Source of the DNA: a virus
Strand: one strand, 5' to 3'
Virus record (IMG/VR): IMGVR_UViG_3300041809_000308
Location: 14,797-78,796 of that record
Length of the DNA stretch: 64,000 nucleotides
Under the pieces are notes generated by a model that searched no databases, was not told the origin of the DNA, and saw nothing but the letters and a program-made list of their open reading frames with translations. The translations under genes were made by a program, and so were the position numbers. Positions 39,529 through 49,034 of the stretch are shown one piece after another (the stretch's first letter is position 1; every line of letters begins with the position of its first letter).

Positions 39529-40155
39529 CTAAGCCTCTATGGTAGAAACTAAAAGTTCTGATTCTACAGAGCCCGTTCTACGCAATTGAAAGTAGTGCTT
39601 TTGACAATAATCCTTGTATGGCGTGACTCTTCCGCACTCAGCGACAATACAGTAGTTTGGGGCCTTTCGGGGTCGTCCACGACGCTTAGATTTTGGTGGT
39701 GACGGGGGTGTATACTCCCGTTCAAGATACAGAGCAGCGAGGCGCAACAATTCAGGATTGTCTTTGAATCGCCCTAGCCCATTGTTACACTGCTCACAAA
39801 GCAATCCCCGTATCTTGTGGGTCACATGGTCATGGTCAACTGCCAGTCGATAACCATTTACGGTCGGGTTGCTGCAAATAGCGCAAACCCATCCTTGCTC
39901 CTCACCCATCGCTGCATATTGTTCTGGCTCGACTCCGTAGTGTCGCCTAATGTTTTTACGATGCCCATATTCTGCCCACTGACTTTTGTTCGCTGCTTGG
40001 TGCTTCTTGACCCGTTCTCCACAACAGACCCGACACCAAGCAAATTTGGACGTTGTAACCACACCCGTTTTCTTACTCACATAAGAAGAACTATCGTAAA
40101 AATCGGATAACGGTTTGGTTTGCCCACAAGGTCCCTTGCACAATTTCTGTTCCAT
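39529..40155 (-). CDS. Endonuclease VII-family homing endonuclease
   Basis: CAIC..LAVDHDH..RGLLC..CN.GLG.F.D. Confidence 0.9.
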   Translation of the reverse strand: MEQKLCKGPCGQTKPLSDFYDSSSYVSKKTGVVTTSKFAWCRVCCGERVKKHQAANKSQWAEYGHRKNIRRHYGVEPEQYAAMGEEQGWVCAICSNPTVNGYRLAVDHDHVTHKIRGLLCEQCNNGLGRFKDNPELLRLAALYLEREYTPPSPPKSKRRGRPRKAPNYCIVAECGRVTPYKDYCQKHYFQLRRTGSVESELLVSTIEA

Positions 40156-40177
40156 TTTCCGAACCCCTACTTATGTA

Positions 40178-40513
40178 TCACAAATTCGGAAAATCAAATG
40201 GGCTTGCGTTCCCCTCTCCATAGAAAACAACCCGGACTTTATCGTGTAAGTTGGGAATAGCAGCGTAACCCATACTGATAAGTCGGCGAACAACAAGGGC
40301 TTTTAGATACTTACGATGCTGACGGACGTTCATATCTCCCTTGGTATTATTACACCAGACACAGGCGGGGAGGAGGTTGTCGCTCCGGTTGGTGCCGCCC
40401 TGAGCACGAGGCGTTGCATGGTCGATTGTTTTGGCCTCCCGGCCACAGAACCAGCAACAACCGCCGCATTTTTGGATAGCCTCAATCCATAGGGTACGAG
40501 GGGTACGAGACAA
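40178..40513 (-). CDS. HNH endonuclease
   Basis: CWFCG..TIDH..P..GG..NL.PAC..CN..K. Confidence 0.85.
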   Translation of the reverse strand: MSRTPRTLWIEAIQKCGGCCWFCGREAKTIDHATPRAQGGTNRSDNLLPACVWCNNTKGDMNVRQHRKYLKALVVRRLISMGYAAIPNLHDKVRVVFYGEGNASPFDFPNL

Positions 40514-40726
40514 TTATTTCTCCGAGTGCCAGTTCTTGGTGCGTTGACCTGCCCGTATCTGGTTATTTCTAACCTGTAATTTTTTGAGTGTCTTGGGGCA
40601 GTTATCAGCACGCCAATGATAGGACTGGCTAGTGCCAACGGGTGGACCGTGATTTTCGCTTCCACAATAAGGACAAGGTTTGTGTTCCACCCCGTCTGTC
40701 CTAAAGTGTGGGGGCGTGAGTTTCAT
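40514..40726 (-). CDS. Small hypothetical protein (CPYC)
   Basis: Coupled to its neighbours; GAG RBS. Confidence 0.4.
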   Translation of the reverse strand: MKLTPPHFRTDGVEHKPCPYCGSENHGPPVGTSQSYHWRADNCPKTLKKLQVRNNQIRAGQRTKNWHSEK

Positions 40727-41156
40727 CGTTCTCTTCAGTTTCTTTTTTGGCTAGTGCTGCCACTAAACGAGAATTGTCAGCGATGAGAACTTCTTCACCG
40801 TGTGCCTTACGCCGCTTGATGGCAATCTCTGCCTTTGTGGGGCTCTCAGGCGCGTCGGAGACCGCTGGAACAGCCTTGGGTGTTTCCACAGGTATGGGAG
40901 CCGCCACAGGCGTTGGAGAGGGTGTAGTAACCTCTTCGATGAACTTACTCTTTAGCATAGCTACGACACCCAGTGGGTTCTGTTTTACCACCTTGACAAT
41001 TTGCCCATTGCGATACACAGTAAGGCGATTCTGGTTAGCGGGATCATGTACCAGAAGGTCGCCGGGGCGAATGTAGAACTCGAAGTTCACAAAATTGATG
41101 GTGTGCTTGGCTACGTAGGATTTTTGCATGGGCCTTTGAGACGCCTCCTCAGACAA
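40701..41156 (-). CDS. Hypothetical protein
   Basis: ORF downstream of the capsid terminator; likely start MQKSY at 41129. Confidence 0.55.
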   Translation of the reverse strand: MSEEASQRPMQKSYVAKHTINFVNFEFYIRPGDLLVHDPANQNRLTVYRNGQIVKVVKQNPLGVVAMLKSKFIEEVTTPSPTPVAAPIPVETPKAVPAVSDAPESPTKAEIAIKRRKAHGEEVLIADNSRLVAALAKKETEENDETHAPTL

Positions 41157-41219
41157 CTAATACTCAATAAAGAAGCGTATATTGGGTTAAATGAAGTTAG
41201 CTCCCAGTTACCGGGCAGC

Positions 41220-41247
41220 AAAAAGGCACTCCCGAAGGAGTGCCTCT
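41220..41247 (-). terminator. Intrinsic terminator after the major capsid gene
   Basis: AGGCACTCC-TTCG-GGAGTGCCT-TTTT. Confidence 0.85.
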
Positions 41248-41272
41248 CTGGTTTGAGTCTCGAAGTCAGCTA

Positions 41273-42238
41273 TTAGTTCTCGCCGACGTTCTTTGTGGAG
41301 TTGAAGCGGCCAGTAACGGTCAGACGCTGAACACCAGACGGGTTGAAGACCAAGAAGCCAAGGTTCTCAAAAATCGAGAAACCAATCTGACGCAAGTCAG
41401 GGCGGTCAGCCGACATGACGGTAAGCGGAATACGCTCAGGGATGACACCGAGGAACTCGGCATCGGCCAGAATGTACACGCAACCATAGCCAACCTTACG
41501 GGACTGGAGCAGAGTCGAACCCCAAAGGTAGCCCATGACGCCTGTCTTGAGCAGCTTGCGCTGGGTCTCACGGTCGATGTTCTGCTGAGTCCACTTCAAC
41601 AGGTCCGTGTAGTCACGGGGGTTGAAGAAGCAGAAAGCAACCGACAAGTCATGACGCTGCACCTGTCCGAAACCATCGGCCATCGAGTTGATGTCGATAG
41701 GAGCGGAGATAGCAATGTCAATGTTGTACACCGGGTCGGTCGCACCAATGAGAGAACCATTGGCAGCGGTCGCCACAGCGTCGAACAGTGTGAAGACGTA
41801 ACCGTCTTCGGCGGCACCCACTTCAGCCTTCGCGAGGTTCAAAGAACGGGCAACGAGGTCGAAGCGACGTTCCTTAATCTGCGTGATAGGAATCATGGGG
41901 TTTGAAACGATTTCGAACGTCGGAACCGTGACACGCTTTGGCTTAGTCACGCGAACGATGTCTCCACCTTCTTCGCCAACCACGAAAGCTTCCACAAAGG
42001 AGCCACCGGGAGTCGAACCAACCGTCATAGCGGCTGTGTCGAATTCCTTATCGTAGATGGGCAGGGCACCGTCAGGAAGTGTTTCTACCATCAAAGCCTT
42101 ACGGGCGATTGACATGTAGTCACGACGACGGCGGAGTGATGGGCCGAGCGAAGCAGCAAGCTTCTGACGACCACCGGCAGTCTTGAGCAACTGACCAAGC
42201 ATTGCGGTCTGTTGCTGTGTGCGAGAAAGGTTAGCCAT
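41273..42238 (-). CDS. Major capsid protein (HK97 fold)
   Basis: MANLSR start with a GGAG RBS. GRQKLAASL..LRRRRDY..RK..V..LPDG..P.YDKE is typical of large-myovirus capsids; strong codon bias and a terminator follow. Confidence 0.85.
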   Translation of the reverse strand: MANLSRTQQQTAMLGQLLKTAGGRQKLAASLGPSLRRRRDYMSIARKALMVETLPDGALPIYDKEFDTAAMTVGSTPGGSFVEAFVVGEEGGDIVRVTKPKRVTVPTFEIVSNPMIPITQIKERRFDLVARSLNLAKAEVGAAEDGYVFTLFDAVATAANGSLIGATDPVYNIDIAISAPIDINSMADGFGQVQRHDLSVAFCFFNPRDYTDLLKWTQQNIDRETQRKLLKTGVMGYLWGSTLLQSRKVGYGCVYILADAEFLGVIPERIPLTVMSADRPDLRQIGFSIFENLGFLVFNPSGVQRLTVTGRFNSTKNVGEN

Positions 42239-42258
42239 TTTGTATTCTCCTTTTTCTC

Positions 42259-42771
42259 TTAGAGCAACGAGGCAACGCCAAGCCAAGGCTCAGCAGTGGT
42301 TGGGACGTGAGTGCAAATTCCCACGATGACCGAGTTCGCACCCTTACGGGCAACGTTCGTGTAAAAGCCGATGCCAGCGGTTGCTCCGCCGTTGTAGAGG
42401 TACGCACCGATTGAAGTGGTAGTGCTCCACGTTGCACCAGCATCATAAGCTTCCGAGTTCACATTGCCCTGCCAGAGGGCACGAACAACCGGAGCCTTCT
42501 TGGAACCCGAAGGACCAATTGCACCAGCGAATTCGCCGGGGCCATTGATAAGGGAACCAAAGGGAATAACACCAGCAGTGTCACCGTTGGCTGGAACAAT
42601 TACCGCCTCGTACTGAGTGGCAACTGCTGGAGCCGCGAGTGCGACAATCTTGCCACCGAGGTAGCCAGCAGCAGTCAACGTCTGTTGGTCAGTGCCGGGG
42701 TCGCCGGTAAGCACAACATCAGGAGACCACTGGGTGTCATTTTGTCCATAGTAAGTCAATTTCAATGCCAT
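42259..42771 (-). CDS. Capsid decoration/cement protein (putative)
   Basis: 170-aa Gly/Ala/Thr-rich ORF immediately upstream of the MCP. Confidence 0.6.
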   Translation of the reverse strand: MALKLTYYGQNDTQWSPDVVLTGDPGTDQQTLTAAGYLGGKIVALAAPAVATQYEAVIVPANGDTAGVIPFGSLINGPGEFAGAIGPSGSKKAPVVRALWQGNVNSEAYDAGATWSTTTSIGAYLYNGGATAGIGFYTNVARKGANSVIVGICTHVPTTAEPWLGVASLL

Positions 42772-42873
42772 ACTATTTTCTCCATGTAGAAGTCTTTGAA
42801 TTAGGTTTCCATTCCAATTCGCAGTCGAGGAGACGACCCTGAACTATAGAATGGACTACCTTACTTCGTACAA

Positions 42874-42889
42874 CTAAGGTATGGATAGT
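42874..42889 (-). promoter_or_regulatory. Putative late promoter ACTA-N8-TTAG of the capsid operon
   Basis: One of about 12 copies of the motif upstream of late genes. Confidence 0.55.
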
Positions 42890-42995
42890 TACAAAATGCG
42901 ATTTATTGGAGTTAGCGCCCGTAGTGGCTGACCGTAGATGCGAAGAATATGTTGAATGAAATCACTACTATCTCCATCTATAGGAGCAGCAAATT

Positions 42996-43778
42996 ATGGC
43001 AAATAGAATTCGCAAGCTTAAACTGGTGGAAAAGGATGGAGTAGTTTACAAGCGATGTTCAGGGTGTGGGCTTCAACCAATATCTAAATTCGGATTCCTG
43101 CTCAAGGGAAAGCTAGGAAGCGACGGGCGGCCTTTTTACACGAGTCAGTGTAAGACATGCCAAAGAATACGCAGAGACCAGTTCCACCCTGAGAGAAAAA
43201 AAGAATGGAATAGAAAGGCGGTTTACAAACGGCACAACTTGTCGGTCGAACAGTGGGAGGCTCTATTTGAAAAACAAGGAAGGTGTTGTGCTATATGTCG
43301 CAGTTCGACTCCGCGTGGTGGGGGTGACTGGCAAATAGATCATGACCACTCTTGCTGTCCGAGCACCCATACCAACAAAACCAGTTGTGGGAAGTGTGTG
43401 CGAGGCATTGTATGCAGTCTATGCAATCGTGGATTGGGGCTATTTTCTGATGAGCCCAAACTTCTTCGAGCCGCAGCGACTTACCTTGAAACGTACAACA
43501 CCAGAGGAGGGATGCCTCTGGAGCAACGTCAAAAAATAGCCGCGCATTGGACCCATGAACGCAAACAGCGACAAGCTGAAATAGCCCGTCGAGTAAACGA
43601 TGTAGAAAACAAAAAACTAAATGACTATGTTTGTCCAACCTGTAGCAGGGAGTTCGAGCAAATAACCAAAGGTAGGTATGGAGCCCACCGTAAGGCGTGT
43701 CTACATTGGAAACAAGTGGCTGAGGCTCTTGAAGAGGAAATGGGTAAAACACTGGATGAAATTCTCGATACCGTTTAA
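42996..43778 (+). CDS. Endonuclease VII-family homing endonuclease
   Basis: CAIC..IDHDH.CC..CGKCVRG.VC..CN.GLG.F.D. Confidence 0.9.
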   Translation: MANRIRKLKLVEKDGVVYKRCSGCGLQPISKFGFLLKGKLGSDGRPFYTSQCKTCQRIRRDQFHPERKKEWNRKAVYKRHNLSVEQWEALFEKQGRCCAICRSSTPRGGGDWQIDHDHSCCPSTHTNKTSCGKCVRGIVCSLCNRGLGLFSDEPKLLRAAATYLETYNTRGGMPLEQRQKIAAHWTHERKQRQAEIARRVNDVENKKLNDYVCPTCSREFEQITKGRYGAHRKACLHWKQVAEALEEEMGKTLDEILDTV

Positions 43779-43836
43779 AAATGCCAGCGATTTTTTGAGA
43801 TTTTGAGTATTAGTGGATGAGGGCTAACGCCCGAAT

Positions 43837-44475
43837 TTGTCAAGTCTAGTTGAGGAAAATAAAATGGTAAAACCGCTTAAGTCGGTGGCGCGTCCTGCTG
43901 CCCCCACAAAACCTGCCGAACTACCTTCCGGGATTTTCTACGCTGTTGTGATGTTTGATAGTAGCGAAAGTCTCAAACCCAAAAAAATGTCATCGCGTAT
44001 CCGCAATGATTTTGACCACTATGTTGTAGTGAACTCATCTCCCGCTGGGTGGGCGTTAGATGATGTGCCTACATTGTTTACCACTCTCGCTAAAGCACAG
44101 AATGTGAAGACAATTGTCGCTCTTGACTATGAAGACACAGAATCCGTGCAAGTGTTCATTCAAACTTTTCGTCTTGTTGAATCCAATTGGAGCCCCGGAG
44201 CAGATACTTGGACCACCCGTCGTCATGATGCATGTGATATGGCAGAAGGCGTCATGGCTTATGACAAAACTGCGGAACAAGTAAAAAAGTTGGCAGGTAA
44301 GGTACTGACGATTCTTGATGCTGCTTACGTGAATGACAATCAGAACAAGGCCGTGAAGGATTTAGTTAAATCCAGCTTCCGCTCTCAATTGTCGGATATG
44401 TGGAAAATAGCGTACGCCGATCCGAATAGCGATTGCAGCGAAGGGGTCTGTCAGAAGGACATTCTGGACGACTAA
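43837..44475 (+). CDS. Hypothetical protein
   Basis: 212-aa ORF; likely start ATG at 43864 after GAGG. Confidence 0.6.
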   Translation: MSSLVEENKMVKPLKSVARPAAPTKPAELPSGIFYAVVMFDSSESLKPKKMSSRIRNDFDHYVVVNSSPAGWALDDVPTLFTTLAKAQNVKTIVALDYEDTESVQVFIQTFRLVESNWSPGADTWTTRRHDACDMAEGVMAYDKTAEQVKKLAGKVLTILDAAYVNDNQNKAVKDLVKSSFRSQLSDMWKIAYADPNSDCSEGVCQKDILDD

Positions 44476-44479
44476 AATC

Positions 44480-44507
44480 AAAAGCCCCCGGCGAACCGGG
44501 GGCTTTG
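44480..44507. terminator. Bidirectional intrinsic terminator
   Basis: aaaagcccccgg-cgaa-ccgggggcttt between convergent genes. Confidence 0.85.
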
Positions 44508-44531
44508 AGTTATGTATGGATGTAATGTAAG

Positions 44532-46901
44532 TTAGTCTTCGTCCTTGCCGAAGAGTGCCTCGCCGACATCGAACTTGTTGGCAGATGCAATCTTGCTGTC
44601 AGACGCTGCGGTGGTCTTGATCTTCTTCAACACAGCAGCCTTTGGCTTTTCAAGCTGATTCACGCTGTCCTGAGGAGTGCGCTTTGCACCCTGCTCTTCA
44701 GGAGTAATGTCCTTGATCGTCTCCGCCCACAGAGTGTTAGAGTGGTCGGATTCGTTGTCACGGTCGTCACTGGTGGCTTCATCCTGCTTGAAGTGCTCGG
44801 CAGCTTCGCTGAAGGACTCAACAACTTCCATACCAGCGACCTGTTCAGCGGTCTTCAAACTACCAATGAGTGCAGCCAGTGGGTCGCCGTCAGCGCCCTG
44901 CATGGAGAACATGTTGTGCATGTCAGCCATACCGTCGTCGTCCAAGGAAGCTTCGAGTGAGGAGGCAGCGGAAGGAGCGAAGAAGTCATCCTCTTCACCA
45001 GCTTGCTTCTCGTCGCCTTCGTTCGCAAGAGATGCAGCCTTGTCTTCCATATCACCCTCATTGAACACTTGGGAGAAGTCGAGTTCCTGACCCTCTTCGC
45101 CGGGGACCTCTTCGCCTTCGATGTCATCCAGACCTTCGAGACCTTCAAGGCCCTCTTCTTCGCCTTCCAACTTGGCGAGGTCGAGTTCCTCTTCGCCCTC
45201 TGAGAGGATTTCGGACTCGATAGCCTTGATAGCGGCCTGAGCCTCGTCAATCTTCTCTTCGAGAACTTGCTTCTTCTCATCGGTCAGAATTTCAGTTGCT
45301 TCAGCTTCGGGGTTACCCTCAACTGGAGGAGGCAACTCAGCCGGTGCTTCTTCAGCCAGAGGAGCCTCAACTGGGGCTTCTTCAGCAGCCGGGGCTTCAA
45401 CTGGAGCCTCTTCGCCTTCAGCCGGTGGGAAGTCAGCCTTCTTGGCATTGGCGTGCTTGTCGCACTTCTTGCCGTCCTTGCAGTCAGCACAAGACGCTTC
45501 CTTCTTCTTGCACTCGGGGCAACCCTTGCAGTCCTTACCGTCGCACTTTGCGGCAGCAGCCTTCTCGGTCTTGCCATCGGACAAGTTTTGTGTCTGACCC
45601 GGCTTCTCGCCAGCATCAGGACGTTCGCCAGCCTTGGAGGCATCAAGTTCCTTGGGCTCTGTGTGAGTCCCGCCGCCGCAGCCACGACCATCATTGTAAG
45701 TGCCTTCCTGAGGACCGGCGTCCTTGCGGTCGTCGGCAACCTTGCCAGCATTCTTCGCATCGCCCTTGACTTCGCTGGAGACAGCCTTTTTCTCAGCATT
45801 CAAGATAGACGGGTCTTCAAGCAGGTCATTCATTTCGACCTTGTGAACTTCCTTGAAGGTTTCCGCGACCTTGGTATAGTGGGCGTTGATAGCAGTCTGA
45901 CGAAGGGCCGCCTTGAGCACCTTTGTCGAGTTAGAGAGTAAAGAAGCCGCGAACGCCTTCTTTACATCATCGGGGGCTGTCGGGAGCATAGTCTTGGCGA
46001 TAGTCCACGCGGATGCCACACGGGTCTTGGCCTCCTTAGTAATCGCCTCCCGCTTGTTCTTAGCCTCGGCAAGCTTCTCCTTCAGTGAGGGCTTGGTAGG
46101 TTGATTTGCCATGTGAGTATCGCCTTTCTTCAAGTCAGAGGAGTCCTTAGACCCCTTCTTATCTTGGAGTTCATAGTTGGTTTTTTCATTGATTTTTGCG
46201 TTTTTGGTGCTTGCCATCGGTGCCGCAAGGGGCTCAGCCGGGGGAGCAGATGCCTCAATGGGCGGCTCGGTGGTTGGCGGGGCAAGTGTTTCATCAACTC
46301 CAACACCGGCATCTGCCGGAACTTCAGGAGTTGACAGAGGGGCCGGAGCGCCCGGAACCTCAGGAGTCATAGGTGGAGGGGGAACCATAGGTGCTCCCAT
46401 TGGCTCAGACGAGGCTCCATCTGCGATAGTTGCAAACTGTTGGTCGAGAGAGTTCAACTCGGATTGGATGTCATCGCTCCAACCACCACCCTTAAACTTT
46501 TCCCATTCGGAGATAAGTTGAACACGCTCACGCATGGAGCGAATCTCTTGTTCGAGTTCTTCGCGCTTATCGGAGAGGAGGTCAAACTGCTCACCGATAC
46601 CAGAGTCCATCATGCCATCCATGGGGGCTTCGGCGTCGAGGTCAGCGAACTGTTCGTCAAGTGCGTCCAACTCAGCAAACTTCTGCTTGATGTTCGCAAT
46701 GATTCGAAGGACTGCCGTGTCTGCTGCTTCTTTTTTCATGTTAGCCATTGCTTGTTTTCCTTCTTGGCCCTGTTCAGATTTGTTAACTCCATAATCTTCA
46801 GGAACCACGAGTTTGCCATGGCAAACACCACATTGCTTCTTTTGGTCCTGAAAATTGGTACAACCAGTCCCTCGACATTGAGGACATTCTTTATTAGCCA
46901 T
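44532..46901 (-). CDS. Scaffolding / prohead core protein (putative)
   Basis: Very acidic coiled-coil protein between the protease and capsid genes, dense in K-x-A motifs; start moved to MANKEC. Confidence 0.7.
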   Translation of the reverse strand: MANKECPQCRGTGCTNFQDQKKQCGVCHGKLVVPEDYGVNKSEQGQEGKQAMANMKKEAADTAVLRIIANIKQKFAELDALDEQFADLDAEAPMDGMMDSGIGEQFDLLSDKREELEQEIRSMRERVQLISEWEKFKGGGWSDDIQSELNSLDQQFATIADGASSEPMGAPMVPPPPMTPEVPGAPAPLSTPEVPADAGVGVDETLAPPTTEPPIEASAPPAEPLAAPMASTKNAKINEKTNYELQDKKGSKDSSDLKKGDTHMANQPTKPSLKEKLAEAKNKREAITKEAKTRVASAWTIAKTMLPTAPDDVKKAFAASLLSNSTKVLKAALRQTAINAHYTKVAETFKEVHKVEMNDLLEDPSILNAEKKAVSSEVKGDAKNAGKVADDRKDAGPQEGTYNDGRGCGGGTHTEPKELDASKAGERPDAGEKPGQTQNLSDGKTEKAAAAKCDGKDCKGCPECKKKEASCADCKDGKKCDKHANAKKADFPPAEGEEAPVEAPAAEEAPVEAPLAEEAPAELPPPVEGNPEAEATEILTDEKKQVLEEKIDEAQAAIKAIESEILSEGEEELDLAKLEGEEEGLEGLEGLDDIEGEEVPGEEGQELDFSQVFNEGDMEDKAASLANEGDEKQAGEEDDFFAPSAASSLEASLDDDGMADMHNMFSMQGADGDPLAALIGSLKTAEQVAGMEVVESFSEAAEHFKQDEATSDDRDNESDHSNTLWAETIKDITPEEQGAKRTPQDSVNQLEKPKAAVLKKIKTTAASDSKIASANKFDVGEALFGKDED

Positions 46902-47541
46902 TGAGAGCCTCACTATATGTGTACGGTATTTGAATTTCTCTATTCTTAGCCGCGACACTCATCTTTTTTCGAGTCTCTTTTGAAAAAGGGGCACGACCGA
47001 GTACCCACCCTTGCTCCTTAAAAACAGGGAGTTCCTCAACTTTGATACAACGAGTTTCCTGAGTTGAAGGGTTGAATACCCACTTCGTTCCAAACATGCC
47101 ATTGATGCTACCGACCAACTTCTTCCCATTCTTGCGTAGCTGTTCTATAACTTCAAACTTGTGCTGTTTTCCGAGAAATGGATGGGGATTATTCTCATGC
47201 CATGCTTTTCTGGCGTCACTCATTTTCCTACGAGTCGTATCAGTAGGAACGAGCCCGTCTCCTCCAAGAGTGGAATTGTACCCCTTATCTGAGTCGGAGG
47301 ATTGATATTGCTTAATGAGTTCAATCTCAAGCTGGGATAGCTCCTCTGATGTCTCAACTTTACCCAGCACCTGTACTTCGAAAGCAGCGGGACCGTACTT
47401 TCGAATAGCGTTGTAAAAGTAGTAGGGCTTTCCTTGTTTGGCGTTATCCAAATGCTGTTGCCAACGCCGCTTCAATGAGAGTTTAGTCTTACCAACATAG
47501 ACCTTTCCATTGACCTTGTTTGTAATGAGGTACACTATCAT
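46894..47541 (-). CDS. GIY-YIG homing endonuclease
   Basis: IVYLITNKVNGKVYVGKT, GYNSTLGGDG. Confidence 0.9.
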   Translation of the reverse strand: MIVYLITNKVNGKVYVGKTKLSLKRRWQQHLDNAKQGKPYYFYNAIRKYGPAAFEVQVLGKVETSEELSQLEIELIKQYQSSDSDKGYNSTLGGDGLVPTDTTRRKMSDARKAWHENNPHPFLGKQHKFEVIEQLRKNGKKLVGSINGMFGTKWVFNPSTQETRCIKVEELPVFKEQGWVLGRAPFSKETRKKMSVAAKNREIQIPYTYSEALNG

Positions 47542-48413
47542 CGCCCATCCTCATCCAACCAAGAGTCTATAACTGGTAAAGAAGACGCCGCCTTTGCAAA
47601 AACACCCTTCATGTAGGCATGTCCGCCTTCCGTGCTGGCTGCTTTGCGCGTGTATGGAGTCTTCGGTCCGACCCATTCATCTGAGACGATTGACCGTTTC
47701 GCTGCACCGGGGAAGGCCGGAGTTGCTACCCACGACGCTTCCACGAACTTTACACCACCGTTGGATAGAGTCTTGTGACCGCACAATTCGGCGACACGAC
47801 GGGAGATGCCGTCGTCATCCACAAGGAAAGTACCCTTATTGAAATTCAGGTGGTGACAATATGTACTCTGGTCGGTAACACGAGCCCCACAAAAGGAACA
47901 GATAACGAGGTCGGTTACACAGCCCATGGAAAGATACCGGACATGACCCTCACGAATGTCGTTGACCAACTTATCGTGAGCAAGATCGGTGGCAACGAGA
48001 ATGTCACAAAAGTACACCCAACATTCCGGTCCAGCAATTTGAATCTTGCGGAGGACAGCATCGAGGATGTGACCCTTGGCGTACTTGGAATTCTGAAAGT
48101 GTTCAACGAAGTTGAAAGCACCGACGAATGAACGATGGGAAAGGCGGAGAACTTCGTTCGTCCATGCGTCATCGTTGTTGTTCACGAGATGGCTGCACTC
48201 GGGCTTGATGAGATAATCAAACGGCTCTTCTTCAGTTTGTACCGACGCCATGATAGTGCAGTGACTCAACAAATACTTACTGGAGTCGGCTGAGATTTTA
48301 TTGAAAGCAGCAGTCTTGTGTCCGAATGTATGAACACCGTACATCTTGCCCCACTCTGTCACACTGAGTGTAGGCTCTTGAAGTTCGGCATTTGCTGTTT
48401 TCTTGAAAGCCAT
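47538..48413 (-). CDS. Prohead (capsid maturation) protease, putative
   Basis: NNN.D..FVEH..KG.ILDA..LSMGC..CSFCG..C.HL..F.EASWV..PAF; located upstream of the scaffold and MCP. Confidence 0.75.
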   Translation of the reverse strand: MAFKKTANAELQEPTLSVTEWGKMYGVHTFGHKTAAFNKISADSSKYLLSHCTIMASVQTEEEPFDYLIKPECSHLVNNNDDAWTNEVLRLSHRSFVGAFNFVEHFQNSKYAKGHILDAVLRKIQIAGPECWVYFCDILVATDLAHDKLVNDIREGHVRYLSMGCVTDLVICSFCGARVTDQSTYCHHLNFNKGTFLVDDDGISRRVAELCGHKTLSNGGVKFVEASWVATPAFPGAAKRSIVSDEWVGPKTPYTRKAASTEGGHAYMKGVFAKAASSLPVIDSWLDEDGR

Positions 48414-48417
48414 AAGT

Positions 48418-48999
48418 TTACTCTACTGTAGATAGCTGTAGTTGAAATTTTCCTGCTCTACACAGAAAATTTATGAACTGAGCGTAGGGCACGTTGCTCT
48501 TTGCCTTCTGACATTCCTTGCAACAAGAGACCACATTATCGGGTGTGTATCCCAAGTCGCTATCCTTGCGGTCAATCCCGTTATAGTGAAACTCACCAAA
48601 ACTGGTATGTGTAGAATGCACGTTTGTTGGGGCTTGACCACAGTAGTGACAATTACCCGAGGTCAAGCAATCAAATAACTCTTCAGTCAGTAACCATGGG
48701 CGACCGGCTATATGGGCGTTTCGCTTATAGCGAGAGAGAATGGAGTTCCTTGATGACCTACCCGACTTCAAGGGCCTACCTCGATAGCAACCACAACTCT
48801 TGGTGTTCCCGTTCAACAATGCTGAACACCGAACTTGGGTGCTCTCACCACAATCACACCTACACAACCAGACCCCTTCTTTTCTTCCTGAGTCCTTGGT
48901 GATAACTACCCGGTGTACCGCAACCAATCTGCCAAACCTCTGTTCAGTTAAATCAACCGACGGTTTTCTTCCTTCTCTTGGCATCGACTTATCCTCCAT
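48418..48999 (-). CDS. HNH homing endonuclease
   Basis: RFGRL..WLCRCDCG..KSCGC; CHYCG..NGIDR.D...GY...NV..CC..C. Confidence 0.85.
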   Translation of the reverse strand: MEDKSMPREGRKPSVDLTEQRFGRLVAVHRVVITKDSGRKEGVWLCRCDCGESTQVRCSALLNGNTKSCGCYRGRPLKSGRSSRNSILSRYKRNAHIAGRPWLLTEELFDCLTSGNCHYCGQAPTNVHSTHTSFGEFHYNGIDRKDSDLGYTPDNVVSCCKECQKAKSNVPYAQFINFLCRAGKFQLQLSTVE

Positions 49000-49034
49000 A
49001 CTAAGGATTGAATAGTCGAAAAATTAGTCATGAC

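Noticed and set aside
24387-45941. Long antisense ORFs (e.g. 24387-25301, 38129-39064, 41240-41905, 45267-45941)
   Set aside because: They are shadows of strongly biased real genes and carry no motifs.
46894-47541. Endonuclease between protease and scaffold as an intron-encoded ORF
   Set aside because: It overlaps both neighbours directly, leaving no room for intron core elements.
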